Source: an uncultured Bacteroidia bacterium
Lineage (GTDB): Bacteria > Bacteroidota > Bacteroidia > Bacteroidales > UBA932
Assembly (NCBI GenBank): GCA_902768955.1
Contig: CACXNH010000006.1
Coordinates: 1 to 47,622 of the forward strand
Direction of reading: 5' to 3'
DNA: 47,622 nucleotides
Part shown: one piece after another, positions 38,050-47,622 of the stretch
Numbering within the stretch: position 1 is the stretch's first letter
How the letters are laid out: each line of letters begins with the position of its first letter
Program-made: the position numbers and the translations under genes
The notes under the pieces: generated by a model
The model's input: only the letters and a program-made list of their open reading frames with translations
The model's database searches: none
Told to the model about the DNA's origin: nothing

Positions 38050-41000
38050 TTATTGCAGTTTTTTCAAAATCCCAAGGGCTTTATCAAGAGAATCCACCCC
38101 CCTGGATACGGTTCTGAGCTTTCCGCCGTCCTGATTGAGTTTGTAAACGGAGTCGTTTATTATCACAGCCGCCATTGCCCTTTCAAACACCTTTGACTTG
38201 TAATACGGAGATATTGGATTATTGATGAAGAACATAATCTGCATGCCGTTCTTCACAATGATCTTCTCAAAGCCAAGCTGCGCGCCAAGATTCCTTATCT
38301 TTACTACGTTCACAAGGTTTTTCACCTCTTCCGGAAGAGGACCGAACCTGTCTTCCAGCTGGCTTGCAATACGGTCTATCTCACGGTCTTCCGTAAGGGA
38401 GTCCAGAACCTTGTAGATACGGATTTTCTCTGCCGTTATATCAATATAATTGTCAGGGATGAATGCGGGACGGTCCGTTTCTATGGTGCAGTCGTCCACA
38501 AATTTTTCATCGGCCCTCTGATGGGTTACGCCCGTCTCTATTCCTATTTCATCCATGGCCTCCGAGAGAATCTTCTGATAGGTTTCATAGCCCATATCGG
38601 CAATGAAACCGCTCTGCTCTGCGCCAAGGAGGTTGCCGGCGCCGCGGATATCGAGATCCTGCATGGCTATATTGAATCCGCTTCCAAGGTCAGAGAACTC
38701 TTCAATGGCTTTGAGCCTGCGGCGGGCTTCGTCAGTTATTGTGACAAGCGGCGGCACTATGAGGTAGCAGAAGGCCTTCTTGTTGGACCTGCCAACCCTG
38801 CCCCTTAACTGATGGAGATCACTCAGGCCGATATTCTGGGCCTGGTTTATTATTATGGTATTGGCATTTGGAATATCCAGGCCGTTTTCAATTATGGTGG
38901 TGCAAAGCAGAAGGTCATAGTCTCCCCCCATGAAGGATAGCATACGGTCTTCAAGGTCATGGGATTCCATCTGGCCGTGCGCCACGCAAATCTTCATATC
39001 CGGAACCAGGCGGTGAAGGATTTCCTCAATAGAAGGAAGTTCCTCAACCTTGTTGTGAAGGAAGAAAATCTGGCCGCCGCGGTTGAGTTCATAATTGATT
39101 ATGCTCTTTATCTCGTCCTGGTTGAAAAGGATAATCTCCGTCTGGATGGGTATGCGGTTTGGCGGAGGAGTCTGGATAATTGAAAGGTCACGCGCGCCAA
39201 GGAGGGAGAACTGAAGGGTTCTGGGAATAGGAGTAGCCGTAAGCGTAAGGGTATCTACGGTGTTTTTCATCTGGCGCAGTTTCTCCTTGGCCGATACCCC
39301 GAATTTCTGCTCCTCGTCAATTATAAGAAGCCCCAAATCCTTGAATTCAAAGCCGTTTCCAAGGATCTTATGAGTGCCTATAAGGATATCTATGGCACCG
39401 GATTTAAGGCGTTTCTTTATATCAGAGATCTGCTTTGCGCTCCTTAGGCGGCTAACATACTCCACCGTGCAGGGAAGGTTCTGGAGACGTGCCTTGAAGG
39501 TTTCATAGTGCTGCAGGGAAAGGATGGTTGTGGGAACAAGGACAGCTACCTGCTTTGAGTCAGTAACGGCCTTGAAAGCAGCCCTTATGGCTATTTCCGT
39601 TTTTCCAAAGCCAACATCTCCGCAAACCAGGCGGTCCATGGGGCAGTTATCCTCCATATCCCTTTTTACCGCCTTTGTAGCCTTCTCCTGATCCGGGGTG
39701 TCCTCATACATAAAGGACGATTCAAGTTCTTCCTGGAGGTAGGTATCGGCACTGAAGGCAAAGCCCTTCTGGGAGCGGCGGGCGGCGTAAAGCTGGATAA
39801 GTTCCTTGGCAATGTCCTTCATCTTGGACTTTGCCGATATCTTGAGGTTTATCCAGGTCTTGGAACCAAGTTTGTTTATCCTTGGAGGCTCCCCCTCCTT
39901 TGAACGGAAGCGGGAAATTTTATTGAGTGAATGGACGGATACAAATACTACATCCGAGCCGCCATACATGAGCTTTACAACCTCCTTTACCCTGCCGTAG
40001 TCGTCCTTCATCTTCACAAGGCCGCCGAACACTCCCACGCCGTGGTCAATGTGAACAATGTAGTCTCCTATATTGAAGGCACTGAGGTCATTGAGGGTAA
40101 GCTGCTCACTCTTTTCAACGGTGCGGCGGATACGCACGCGGTGGAACCTGTCAAATATCTCGTGATCTGTGTACAGGCAAATCCTGTCCTGCTGGTCTAT
40201 GAATCCGGAATGGAGGTTCTTTCCCTTTATGAAATCAGGAAGGGCAATCTTTTCCTCCTGGACCATAATTGATTTGAGCCTTTCCAGCTGGGCTTCCTTC
40301 TCTCCTATAATATATACTTTATAACCTGACTCAAGTCTTGACTGAATGTCATTGATGAGAAGTTCAAAATTCTTATTGAATACAGGCTGGGGCGCAATAT
40401 TGAATTCTACGGTGCTTACGCCCTGTTTTTTTAGCGGTACATCAAGAAACACGTGCCTGAATTTCAGAAGGCTCTTCAGGAAATCCCGGTTGTTGTACAT
40501 ATCGGAAGAATCCAGCCATACGGTTGTATCTTCCTGAAGAAGGCCTATTATAGAGTCACCGCCTACCTCACCGCCGGCGGCTATGTCAGAGTAGATATCG
40601 GCCTTGTCAATATTGCCAATTGAGAGCTGAGTGTTGCAGTCGAAGGTGTTTATTTTCTCTACCTCGTTTCCAAAGTAACTTATTCTGTAGGGCTTATCCA
40701 GCGAATATGAGAATATGTCTATGACCGCGCCCCTTATTGCGTACTGCCCCGGAGCCGACACAAAATCTACCTTCTCAAATCCCTTTTCCGTAAGGATTTC
40801 CCTCAGTTTTTCATAGGGAAGCCTGTCTCCCGGTTTTATTTCAAGATGGGCCGATACAAGGGTGTTCTGCGAAGGTATCAACTCTTCAAGCGCTTCTGGG
40901 TAGGTTACTATGAAAACCTGTTCATCGGCCTTTGTATCAAGGATTTTTCCTATTGCGGCAGTTCTCTGGACGCCCAGGGAGGACTTGTAATTGCTTCTTT

Positions 41001-41241
41001 CTATGTTTTTACCTGAAATTGGCAGAAAGAAAACGCAGTCTCCTTCAGTCAGGTTATAAAGGTCTGCGCTGCAATACTCGGCCGATTCCATAGTTGGAAG
41101 GACTATGAGATTGGTATTATTTTGTGCGGCATTTTTAAGAACCGCCCATCTTGCAGACAAAAACAGCCCGGAGCAGTATATTTCCTTACTCTTCAAGAGT
41201 TTCTCCTGTAGCGCGGCCGTAGATTTTTGACTTATTAACAT
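38050..41241 (-). CDS. mfd: Transcription-repair coupling factor
   Basis: VHIDHGVG, CGDVGFGKTE, DEEQKFG, TATPIPRT and QLRGRVGR motifs; start MLISQK. Confidence 0.96.
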   Translation of the reverse strand: MLISQKSTAALQEKLLKSKEIYCSGLFLSARWAVLKNAAQNNTNLIVLPTMESAEYCSADLYNLTEGDCVFFLPISGKNIERSNYKSSLGVQRTAAIGKILDTKADEQVFIVTYPEALEELIPSQNTLVSAHLEIKPGDRLPYEKLREILTEKGFEKVDFVSAPGQYAIRGAVIDIFSYSLDKPYRISYFGNEVEKINTFDCNTQLSIGNIDKADIYSDIAAGGEVGGDSIIGLLQEDTTVWLDSSDMYNNRDFLKSLLKFRHVFLDVPLKKQGVSTVEFNIAPQPVFNKNFELLINDIQSRLESGYKVYIIGEKEAQLERLKSIMVQEEKIALPDFIKGKNLHSGFIDQQDRICLYTDHEIFDRFHRVRIRRTVEKSEQLTLNDLSAFNIGDYIVHIDHGVGVFGGLVKMKDDYGRVKEVVKLMYGGSDVVFVSVHSLNKISRFRSKEGEPPRINKLGSKTWINLKISAKSKMKDIAKELIQLYAARRSQKGFAFSADTYLQEELESSFMYEDTPDQEKATKAVKRDMEDNCPMDRLVCGDVGFGKTEIAIRAAFKAVTDSKQVAVLVPTTILSLQHYETFKARLQNLPCTVEYVSRLRSAKQISDIKKRLKSGAIDILIGTHKILGNGFEFKDLGLLIIDEEQKFGVSAKEKLRQMKNTVDTLTLTATPIPRTLQFSLLGARDLSIIQTPPPNRIPIQTEIILFNQDEIKSIINYELNRGGQIFFLHNKVEELPSIEEILHRLVPDMKICVAHGQMESHDLEDRMLSFMGGDYDLLLCTTIIENGLDIPNANTIIINQAQNIGLSDLHQLRGRVGRSNKKAFCYLIVPPLVTITDEARRRLKAIEEFSDLGSGFNIAMQDLDIRGAGNLLGAEQSGFIADMGYETYQKILSEAMDEIGIETGVTHQRADEKFVDDCTIETDRPAFIPDNYIDITAEKIRIYKVLDSLTEDREIDRIASQLEDRFGPLPEEVKNLVNVVKIRNLGAQLGFEKIIVKNGMQIMFFINNPISPYYKSKVFERAMAAVIINDSVYKLNQDGGKLRTVSRGVDSLDKALGILKKLQ

Positions 41242-41480
41242 CTGCCCCGTTTTACCTGTTGAAAAGCTGTTGATAACCCTGTTTATAACGTGTTGATAAG
41301 TGGAGTTACCGGACGGTGAACAAACTTTAAACAATCAATCAACAACTTTTCAGATAGTTTTCAACAGTTTAAAATTACTGTAAATAGTTGATTTATAAAT
41401 AGTTTTATATAGTTATCAACTTATCCACAGTTTCATTAAAAACATCAGTTATAAAAAAATAAAAACTATATTTGTATTTG
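41232..41480. other. Probable chromosomal replication origin (oriC)
   Basis: AT-rich; perfect DnaA box TTATCCACA (41421) and variants TGTTGATAA (41268, 41291), TGTTGAAAA (41257), TGTTTATAA (41280), TTTTCAACA (41358), TTATCAACT (41413). Gene orientation switches here. Confidence 0.75.
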
Positions 41481-41499
41481 AATTGAACCCTCAGGAGCA

Positions 41500-42537
41500 A
41501 TGAGTGAATTTGACCCGCACAGTACAATCGACCACAAAGATAGTGAATTTGACGGAATTATAAGGCCGCAGGGGCTGAGTGATTTTACCGGCCAGAAGGA
41601 GATAGTGTCCAATCTGGACATATATATAAAGGCTGCCAAACTGCGCGGAGAAGCCCTTGACCACGTGCTTTTTCACGGCCCTCCAGGCCTTGGAAAAACC
41701 ACCCTTGCACATATCATAGCAAACGAAATGGGGGTTAATATGAAGGTTACCTCCGGTCCGGTTCTGGATAAACCCGGAGACCTTGCCGGCCTTCTTACTT
41801 CCCTGGAGCAGGGGGACGTCCTTTTTATCGATGAAATCCACAGGCTTTCTCCGGAGGTTGAGGAGTATCTGTATTCCGCCATGGAGGACTATGTGATAGA
41901 TATAATGATAGACAAGGGTCCCGGGGCCCGTTCTGTCAGGATTTCACTAAATCCTTTCACGCTGGTTGGTGCAACTACCAGAAGCGGTCTTCTCACTGCT
42001 CCGCTCCGCGCCCGTTTTGGAATTACCTGCGCCCTGGAGTACTATGATACCGCAGATCTTAAGAATATAGTATTAAGGAGTGCCCGTATCCTTTCACTGG
42101 AAATTGATGAGGATGCGGCTTATGAGATTGCCCTCCGCAGCCGCGGTACCGCGCGTATTGCAAATGCGCTGCTGAGGCGTGTCCGTGACTTTGCCCAGGT
42201 TCTTGGAGACGGCCGCATCAATCTTGACATTACGCGTTTTGCCCTGAATAAGCTGAAGATTGACAAGAGGGGGCTTGATGCCATTGACAACAAGATTCTC
42301 CGTACCCTCATCCAGAATTTCAAGGGAGGGCCGGTTGGAATAGGAACTCTTGCTACATCGGCCAGTGAGGATCCTGGAACAATTGAGGAGGTATATGAGC
42401 CTTTCCTCATCAAAGAGGGATTCATCATCCGCACCCCCCGCGGCCGCGTTGCCACTGAGATGGCTTATGACCACATGGGTATGACGGAATACCTCAATCA
42501 GCGCAAATACACCCCCGACGACAACACTTTGTTCTGA
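41500..42537 (+). CDS. ruvB: Holliday junction branch migration helicase RuvB
   Basis: [25 protein letters not shown] and EPFL...RTPRGR motifs. Confidence 0.98.
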   Translation: MSEFDPHSTIDHKDSEFDGIIRPQGLSDFTGQKEIVSNLDIYIKAAKLRGEALDHVLFHGPPGLGKTTLAHIIANEMGVNMKVTSGPVLDKPGDLAGLLTSLEQGDVLFIDEIHRLSPEVEEYLYSAMEDYVIDIMIDKGPGARSVRISLNPFTLVGATTRSGLLTAPLRARFGITCALEYYDTADLKNIVLRSARILSLEIDEDAAYEIALRSRGTARIANALLRRVRDFAQVLGDGRINLDITRFALNKLKIDKRGLDAIDNKILRTLIQNFKGGPVGIGTLATSASEDPGTIEEVYEPFLIKEGFIIRTPRGRVATEMAYDHMGMTEYLNQRKYTPDDNTLF

Positions 42538-42569
42538 TTGTTATTTGTCATTCTGAGCGAATTTTTTTT

Positions 42570-42907
42570 TGTCATTCTGAGCGAAGCGAAGAATCTCCTT
42601 CTATGTATAATAATTATTTTGTATACATAATGTCAAACAGTCATAACACTGTTTTGTATATTGGTGTAACAAATGACATTGAAAGAAGAGTTTCTGAACA
42701 TAAGTCTGGATTAATATCTGGTTTTACTAAAAGATATAATTGCAATAAGCTAGTTTATTTTGAAACTTTTAATGATATAAATCAGGCAATTGAAAGAGAA
42801 AAGCAGTTAAAAGGTTGGAAAAGAGATAGAAAAGATGCTTTAATAGATGCTGTCAACAAGGAAAGAAGGGATTTATCAGGAGATTCTTCGCTTCGCTCAG
42901 AATGACA
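42570..42907. mobile_element. GIY-YIG gene cassette bounded by perfect 30-bp inverted REP hairpins
   Basis: TGTCATTCTGAGCGAAGCGAAGAATCTCCT (42570-42599) and its exact reverse complement (42878-42907); partial extra copy at 42546-42561; AT-rich interior. Confidence 0.8.
42603..42905 (+). CDS. Stand-alone GIY-YIG nuclease (Ssn/UPF0213-like)
   Basis: YFVYIM, LYIGVTND..RR..EH, FT.RY...KLVYFE and AI.REKQLKGW.R..K motifs. Confidence 0.93.
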   Translation: MYNNYFVYIMSNSHNTVLYIGVTNDIERRVSEHKSGLISGFTKRYNCNKLVYFETFNDINQAIEREKQLKGWKRDRKDALIDAVNKERRDLSGDSSLRSE

Positions 42908-43005
42908 GTATTATCTGAATAAACATACTTTAATCACTAAAAGTGACAATTTATTCACGAAAAATGCTTATAATTGCATTTTAGAAACACAATTAATATA
43001 ATTAT

Positions 43006-44955
43006 ATGGCAGATCCTAAATTAATTTCCAAGATTCCGGAAGGACCGCTCAAGGACAAATGGTCCAAGCGCAAGGCGGAAATCCGGATAGTTTCTCCAAA
43101 CAACAAGAGGAAACTGGAAGTGATTGTTGTAGGTACCGGTCTTGGCGGAGCTTCCGCAGCTGCATCCCTGGGTGAAATGGGATACAACGTCAAGATTTTC
43201 TGTATCAGCGACTCCCCCAGGCGTGCACACTCAATTGCTGCACAGGGCGGTATCAACGCTGCAAAGAACTACCAGAACGACAACGACTCCATCTACCGTC
43301 TGTTCTATGATACCATTAAGGGTGGCGACTACCGCAGCCGTGAAGCCAATGTGTATCGTCTGGCAGAGGTAAGTGCCTCCATCATTGACCAGTGCGTTGC
43401 ACAGGGTGTTCCTTTTGCACGTGAATACGGCGGATACCTTGCCAACCGTTCATTCGGCGGCGTTCAGGTTAGCCGTACTTTTTATGCCAGGGGACAAACC
43501 GGCCAGCAGCTCCTCCTTGGCGCCTATGCATCCCTGAATAAGGAAATTGCTGCAGGTACCGTAAAGAGCTATCCCCGCCATGAGATGCTTGACCTTGTGA
43601 TTATCAACGGTGAAGCCAAGGGTATCATTGCCCGTAACCTTGTTACCGGTGAGATCGAGCGTTTTGGTGCACATGCAGTTGTGCTTGCTACAGGTGGTTA
43701 CGGAAATACCTATTTCCTTTCCACCAACGCTATGAACTCCAATGGATCGGCCGCTATGCAGGCATACCGCAAGGGCGCTTTCTTTGCAAATCCCTGCTTT
43801 GCCCAGATCCACCCCACCTGTATTCCCGTTCACGGAGACCAGCAGTGCAAACTTACCCTCATGAGTGAGTCCCTGCGTAACGACGGCCGTATCTGGGTTC
43901 CCAAGAAGATGGAGGATGTCCTTAAACTCCGTAAACATGAGATTAAGCCTTCCCAGATTCCGGAGGAAGACCGCGACTACTATCTTGAGCGCAGGTATCC
44001 GGCCTTTGGTAACCTTGTTCCCCGTGACGTTGCATCACGTGCGGCAAAAGAGCGCTGCGACGCAGGCTTCGGCGTAAATGAGACCGGCCTTGCCGTGTTC
44101 CTTGATTTTGCCGATGCCATCAAGCGTCTTGGTCACCAGAGGGTTGAGGAGCGTTACGGAAACCTCTTCCAGATGTATGAGAAGATCACTTCATCTTCTC
44201 CCTGGGAAGAGCCCATGATGATCTATCCTGCCATTCACTACACAATGGGCGGCCTCTGGGTAGACTATGACCTCCAGACCACAATCCCCGGCCTCTATGC
44301 AATTGGTGAAGCCAACTTCTCAGACCACGGCGGAAACCGCCTTGGTGCAAGTGCCCTTATGCAGGGCCTGGCAGATGGTTACTTCATCCTGCCTTACACC
44401 ATCGGCGATTACCTTTCACATAAGTTTGCAGAACCTAAGACGGATATCAACGCCCCTGAATTTGACGCTGCAGAGAAGGCTGTCAAGGAGCGCATTGCAA
44501 AACTTTTTGCCGTCAAGGGAACTGAAACCGTTGACAGCCTCCATAAGAAACTTGGCCACATCATGTGGGAGTATGTAGGCATGGCACGTAATGAGGAAGG
44601 TCTTAAGAAGGGTATCGAGGAAATCGGCAAACTCCGTGAAGAGTTCTGGAAATCAGTCCGCGTACCTGGCTGCAATGAGGAATTCAACCAGGAACTTGAA
44701 AAGGCTCTCCGCCTTGTAGACTTCTTTGACATTGGTGAACTTATGGCCCGTGACGCCCTTAACAGGAAGGAATCCTGCGGCGGTCATTTCCGTGAGGAAA
44801 TGCAGACTGAGGACGGCGAAACCAAGCGCGACGACGAAAACTTCATGTACGTAGGCGCCTGGGAGTATAAGGGTGAAGGCAAGGAGCCTCAGCTTCATAA
44901 GGAAGAACTCAAGTATGAGAACATCAAGATAGCAACCCGTAACTATAAAGACTAA
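43006..44955 (+). CDS. frdA: Fumarate reductase/succinate dehydrogenase flavoprotein subunit
   Basis: [37 protein letters not shown] and ESCGGHFR motifs. Confidence 0.96.
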   Translation: MADPKLISKIPEGPLKDKWSKRKAEIRIVSPNNKRKLEVIVVGTGLGGASAAASLGEMGYNVKIFCISDSPRRAHSIAAQGGINAAKNYQNDNDSIYRLFYDTIKGGDYRSREANVYRLAEVSASIIDQCVAQGVPFAREYGGYLANRSFGGVQVSRTFYARGQTGQQLLLGAYASLNKEIAAGTVKSYPRHEMLDLVIINGEAKGIIARNLVTGEIERFGAHAVVLATGGYGNTYFLSTNAMNSNGSAAMQAYRKGAFFANPCFAQIHPTCIPVHGDQQCKLTLMSESLRNDGRIWVPKKMEDVLKLRKHEIKPSQIPEEDRDYYLERRYPAFGNLVPRDVASRAAKERCDAGFGVNETGLAVFLDFADAIKRLGHQRVEERYGNLFQMYEKITSSSPWEEPMMIYPAIHYTMGGLWVDYDLQTTIPGLYAIGEANFSDHGGNRLGASALMQGLADGYFILPYTIGDYLSHKFAEPKTDINAPEFDAAEKAVKERIAKLFAVKGTETVDSLHKKLGHIMWEYVGMARNEEGLKKGIEEIGKLREEFWKSVRVPGCNEEFNQELEKALRLVDFFDIGELMARDALNRKESCGGHFREEMQTEDGETKRDDENFMYVGAWEYKGEGKEPQLHKEELKYENIKIATRNYKD

Positions 44956-44963
44956 TCCCGAGT

Positions 44964-45706
44964 ATGGAATATAATGTAAAAGTATGGCGTCAGAAGAACG
45001 CCAAAGCAAAAGGCCATTTCGAGACCTACCCGTTACGGATGTGGAGGAAGACGCTTCTTTCCTCGAAATGCTTGATATCCTGAATGATCAGCTTATCCGC
45101 AAGGGTATTGACCCCATTGCCTTTGACCATGACTGCCGTGAAGGTATCTGCGGAGCATGCTCCCTGTACATTGACGGCCGCGCTCACGGTCCGGACGACC
45201 AAGTGACTACCTGCCAGCTCTTTATGCGTCATTTCAAACCCGGCGCAACAATTACCGTGGAGCCCTGGCGCAGCGGAGCATTCCCTGTGATCAAGGACCT
45301 TGTAGTGGACCGCGGTGCATTTGACAAGATCCTCCAGGCCGGCGGTTTCATTACGGTACGTACCGGAAGCGCCCAGGACGGCAATACTCTCCTTATTCCT
45401 CACGATGACGCAGAACTCTCAATGGACGCTGCGGCCTGCGTAGGATGCGGAGCTTGCGTTGCAACCTGTAAGAACGGTTCTGCAATGCTGTTTGTGGCAG
45501 CACGCGTAAGTTCACTGGCTCTCCTGCCCCAGGGCAAGCCGGAAGCTGCACGTCGCGCCCGCGCCATGGTTGCCAAGATGGACGAACTTGGCTTTGGTAA
45601 CTGCACCAATACCCGCGCTTGCGAAATGGAGTGCCCCAAGCACGTTACCATTGACCATATTGCCCGCCTTAACAGGGAATATCTGAAGGCAAGATTCTCA
45701 GAGTAA
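44964..45706 (+). CDS. frdB: Fumarate reductase/succinate dehydrogenase Fe-S subunit, with a 1-nt frameshift at ~45030 (probable sequence error)
   Basis: The expected N-terminus [22 protein letters not shown] from 44964 is out of frame with [19 protein letters not shown] and [12 protein letters not shown]. One extra C in TACCC restores the frame. Confidence 0.9.
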
Positions 45707-45723
45707 ACTGGTTTTATAGTGCT

Positions 45724-45773
45724 AAAAAAGAGTGTGATCAAGTCAATCTGACTTAGGTCACACTCTTTTTTTT
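45724..45773. terminator. Bidirectional intrinsic terminator after frdB
   Basis: AAAAAAGAGTGTGA..AAGTCA-ATC-TGACTT..TCACACTCTTTTTTTT. Confidence 0.85.
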
Positions 45774-46146
45774 AATATACTTGGGCAAAAGAATTAAAAG
45801 TGCATCCAAATACGCTTTCAAGGTATATTAAAGACGGTATATTGTAATTTTTATTCTAATTCATAAAAACTTTTATAAATTTTCATTCAGTTTAAGACTG
45901 ATAATTATTAGGTTATTATTTTAAAAAATTATAACTTTAAGGCGCTAAAATAATTTAAATAGTAAGGAAATTTTAATAATTAAGCCTTTAACGTATTTAA
46001 AGGCAAAGAATTAACACTTGTTTTTTTGAATTTGTTTTTTTTACTTTGCACCTAGGTTCCCTTAATTTAAAAGGGACATTTAGTAGTGTATTCGGTACGA
46101 AAAGCATTTTTGTATCAATATTTATGTTTAACTAAATCTATTCACA

Positions 46147-47622
46147 ATGAAAAGAATTAAGACTCTGATCTCAATTCTGCTCATCGCGGTTTGCTCTTCG
46201 GCATTTGCCCAGAATATAACCGTGAAGGGTAAGGTTGTGACCAATGACGGGGAACCCGTCGTTGGTGCGTATGTTCTCGTGAAGGATACCGCAACCGGCG
46301 AACTCACAGGACTGGACGGTGATTTTACTCTCACCGGAGTTCCTGCATCAAGCCGCCTTGTGGTTGCTTTTATGGGAATGAAAACTTCTGAAGTGGATGC
46401 AGCTCCCACTGTGACTGTAACCATGGAACAGGACTATGAGTACCTGAAAGAGGTTGTTGTCACCGCCATGGGTATTTCCCGTGAGAAGAAGGCCCTGGGT
46501 TATGCAACACAGGCAGTAGGTAGTGAAGACCTCCTGAAGGGTGCACCCACTGACATTGCAACTGCTATGTCAGGTAAGGTTTCCGGTGTTTCCATCACCC
46601 CTTCTTCAGGTATGCCCGGTGCATCCACAAAGATTGTTATCCGTGGTGCACGTTCCCTGTCACGCAGTGGAAACAACACTCCTCTGTACGTTGTTGATGG
46701 TATGCCGATCGCATCATCATTCGACATGTCCACAGATCAGTCAGTTACCGGTACGGACTACACCAACCGTGCACTTGACATCGATCCCAACGACATCGAG
46801 AGCATCAACATCCTTAAGGGTCAGGCAGCTTCCGCCCTTTATGGTATGCGTGCAGGCAACGGTGTTATCGTTATCACCACCAAGAGCGGTAAGAACGCCG
46901 GAGGAAAACCTTCAGTGACAATTTCTACCAACGCCGCATGGTCTACAGTATCCACTGTTCCCGAGGTTCAGACAGAATTCGCACAGGGTTCTCCTGCCGG
47001 TTTCAATCCCAACGCCTCTCTTGCATGGGGTCCCAAGATTTCCGAACTCCCTAATGATCCCACTTACGGTGGTAACACCGACAATGCATATACTGCGGAA
47101 GGAAAGCATGAGGGAATGTACTATGTTCCCCAGCGTGCAAAGGCTGGCCTGGATCCTTGGGCAAAGCCACAGGCTTACGACAATATCCGCAGCTTCTTCC
47201 AGACAGGTTTCTCATGGACCAATTCTGTGAATGTTTCCCAGAACCTTGGCCGCGGAGACTATTCCGTAACCCTTGGTAATACTCATCAGACTGGTATTGT
47301 CCCTTCAACTGGCATGGACCGTTACAATGCAAAGCTCAATGCTTCCGCAAAGCTCAGCAAATACTTCACCACCGGTGTATCGGCCAACTTCTCCCAGTCT
47401 ACCGTTAAGAAGCAGACCGGTGCCAACGAAGGCGTGACCGCCATGGTTTATGCAGCACCTGCCAACTATGACCTCAAGGGTATCCCCTCACATCCTAAGG
47501 GAGATCCCTACACCCAGCTTACTTACCGTGCAACCTCCGGTTTCCCGGCTCCTTACTGGGCTATTGAGAACAACTCCTTCACCGAGACCACCCAGCGTTT
47601 CTTCGGTAACACATACCTGGCT
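46147..47622 (+). CDS. susC: SusC/RagA TonB-dependent outer-membrane receptor (runs off the window end)
   Basis: MKRIK signal peptide, VKGKV, EVVVTAMGI.RE.KALGYA, PLYVVDG and DIDPNDIESINILKG..ASALYG.RA.NGVIVITTK. Confidence 0.95.
   Translation, partial: MKRIKTLISILLIAVCSSAFAQNITVKGKVVTNDGEPVVGAYVLVKDTATGELTGLDGDFTLTGVPASSRLVVAFMGMKTSEVDAAPTVTVTMEQDYEYLKEVVVTAMGISREKKALGYATQAVGSEDLLKGAPTDIATAMSGKVSGVSITPSSGMPGASTKIVIRGARSLSRSGNNTPLYVVDGMPIASSFDMSTDQSVTGTDYTNRALDIDPNDIESINILKGQAASALYGMRAGNGVIVITTKSGKNAGGKPSVTISTNAAWSTVSTVPEVQTEFAQGSPAGFNPNASLAWGPKISELPNDPTYGGNTDNAYTAEGKHEGMYYVPQRAKAGLDPWAKPQAYDNIRSFFQTGFSWTNSVNVSQNLGRGDYSVTLGNTHQTGIVPSTGMDRYNAKLNASAKLSKYFTTGVSANFSQSTVKKQTGANEGVTAMVYAAPANYDLKGIPSHPKGDPYTQLTYRATSGFPAPYWAIENNSFTETTQRFFGNTYLA

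Noticed and set aside
45780-46140. AT-rich region upstream of susC as an ncRNA or invertible promoter
   Set aside because: Only short weak hairpins, with no long inverted repeats or recognisable RNA motif; consistent with an ordinary regulatory region.

Overview
Chromosomal segment of a Bacteroidales bacterium, judged from TAnnTTTG promoters, a SusC gene, an S46 peptidase and the gene order. It is mostly housekeeping genes: mrp, dpp7, rnhB, mutS, thyA, a folA-galM fusion, galK, ychF, ppiD-like, lptC, coaX, mfd, ruvB, frdAB and susC. Four things stand out. (1) A ~7.7 kb tyrosine-integrase element with satellite (PICI-like) architecture sits in the 3' end of ychF, bounded by a 17-bp att repeat. 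It carries a candidate hairpin sRNA complementary to the start regions of its integrase and of a 52-aa ORF. (2) An AT-rich stand-alone GIY-YIG (Ssn-like) nuclease gene lies between perfect 30-bp inverted hairpin repeats, and the same repeat is inserted in frame in two other genes. (3) A DnaA-box cluster between mfd and ruvB is a probable oriC. (4) Three genes are frameshifted (mutS lacking its Walker A motif, an HExxH outer-membrane protein, frdB); these may be real lesions or assembly errors. All calls are by eye, with no database searches.
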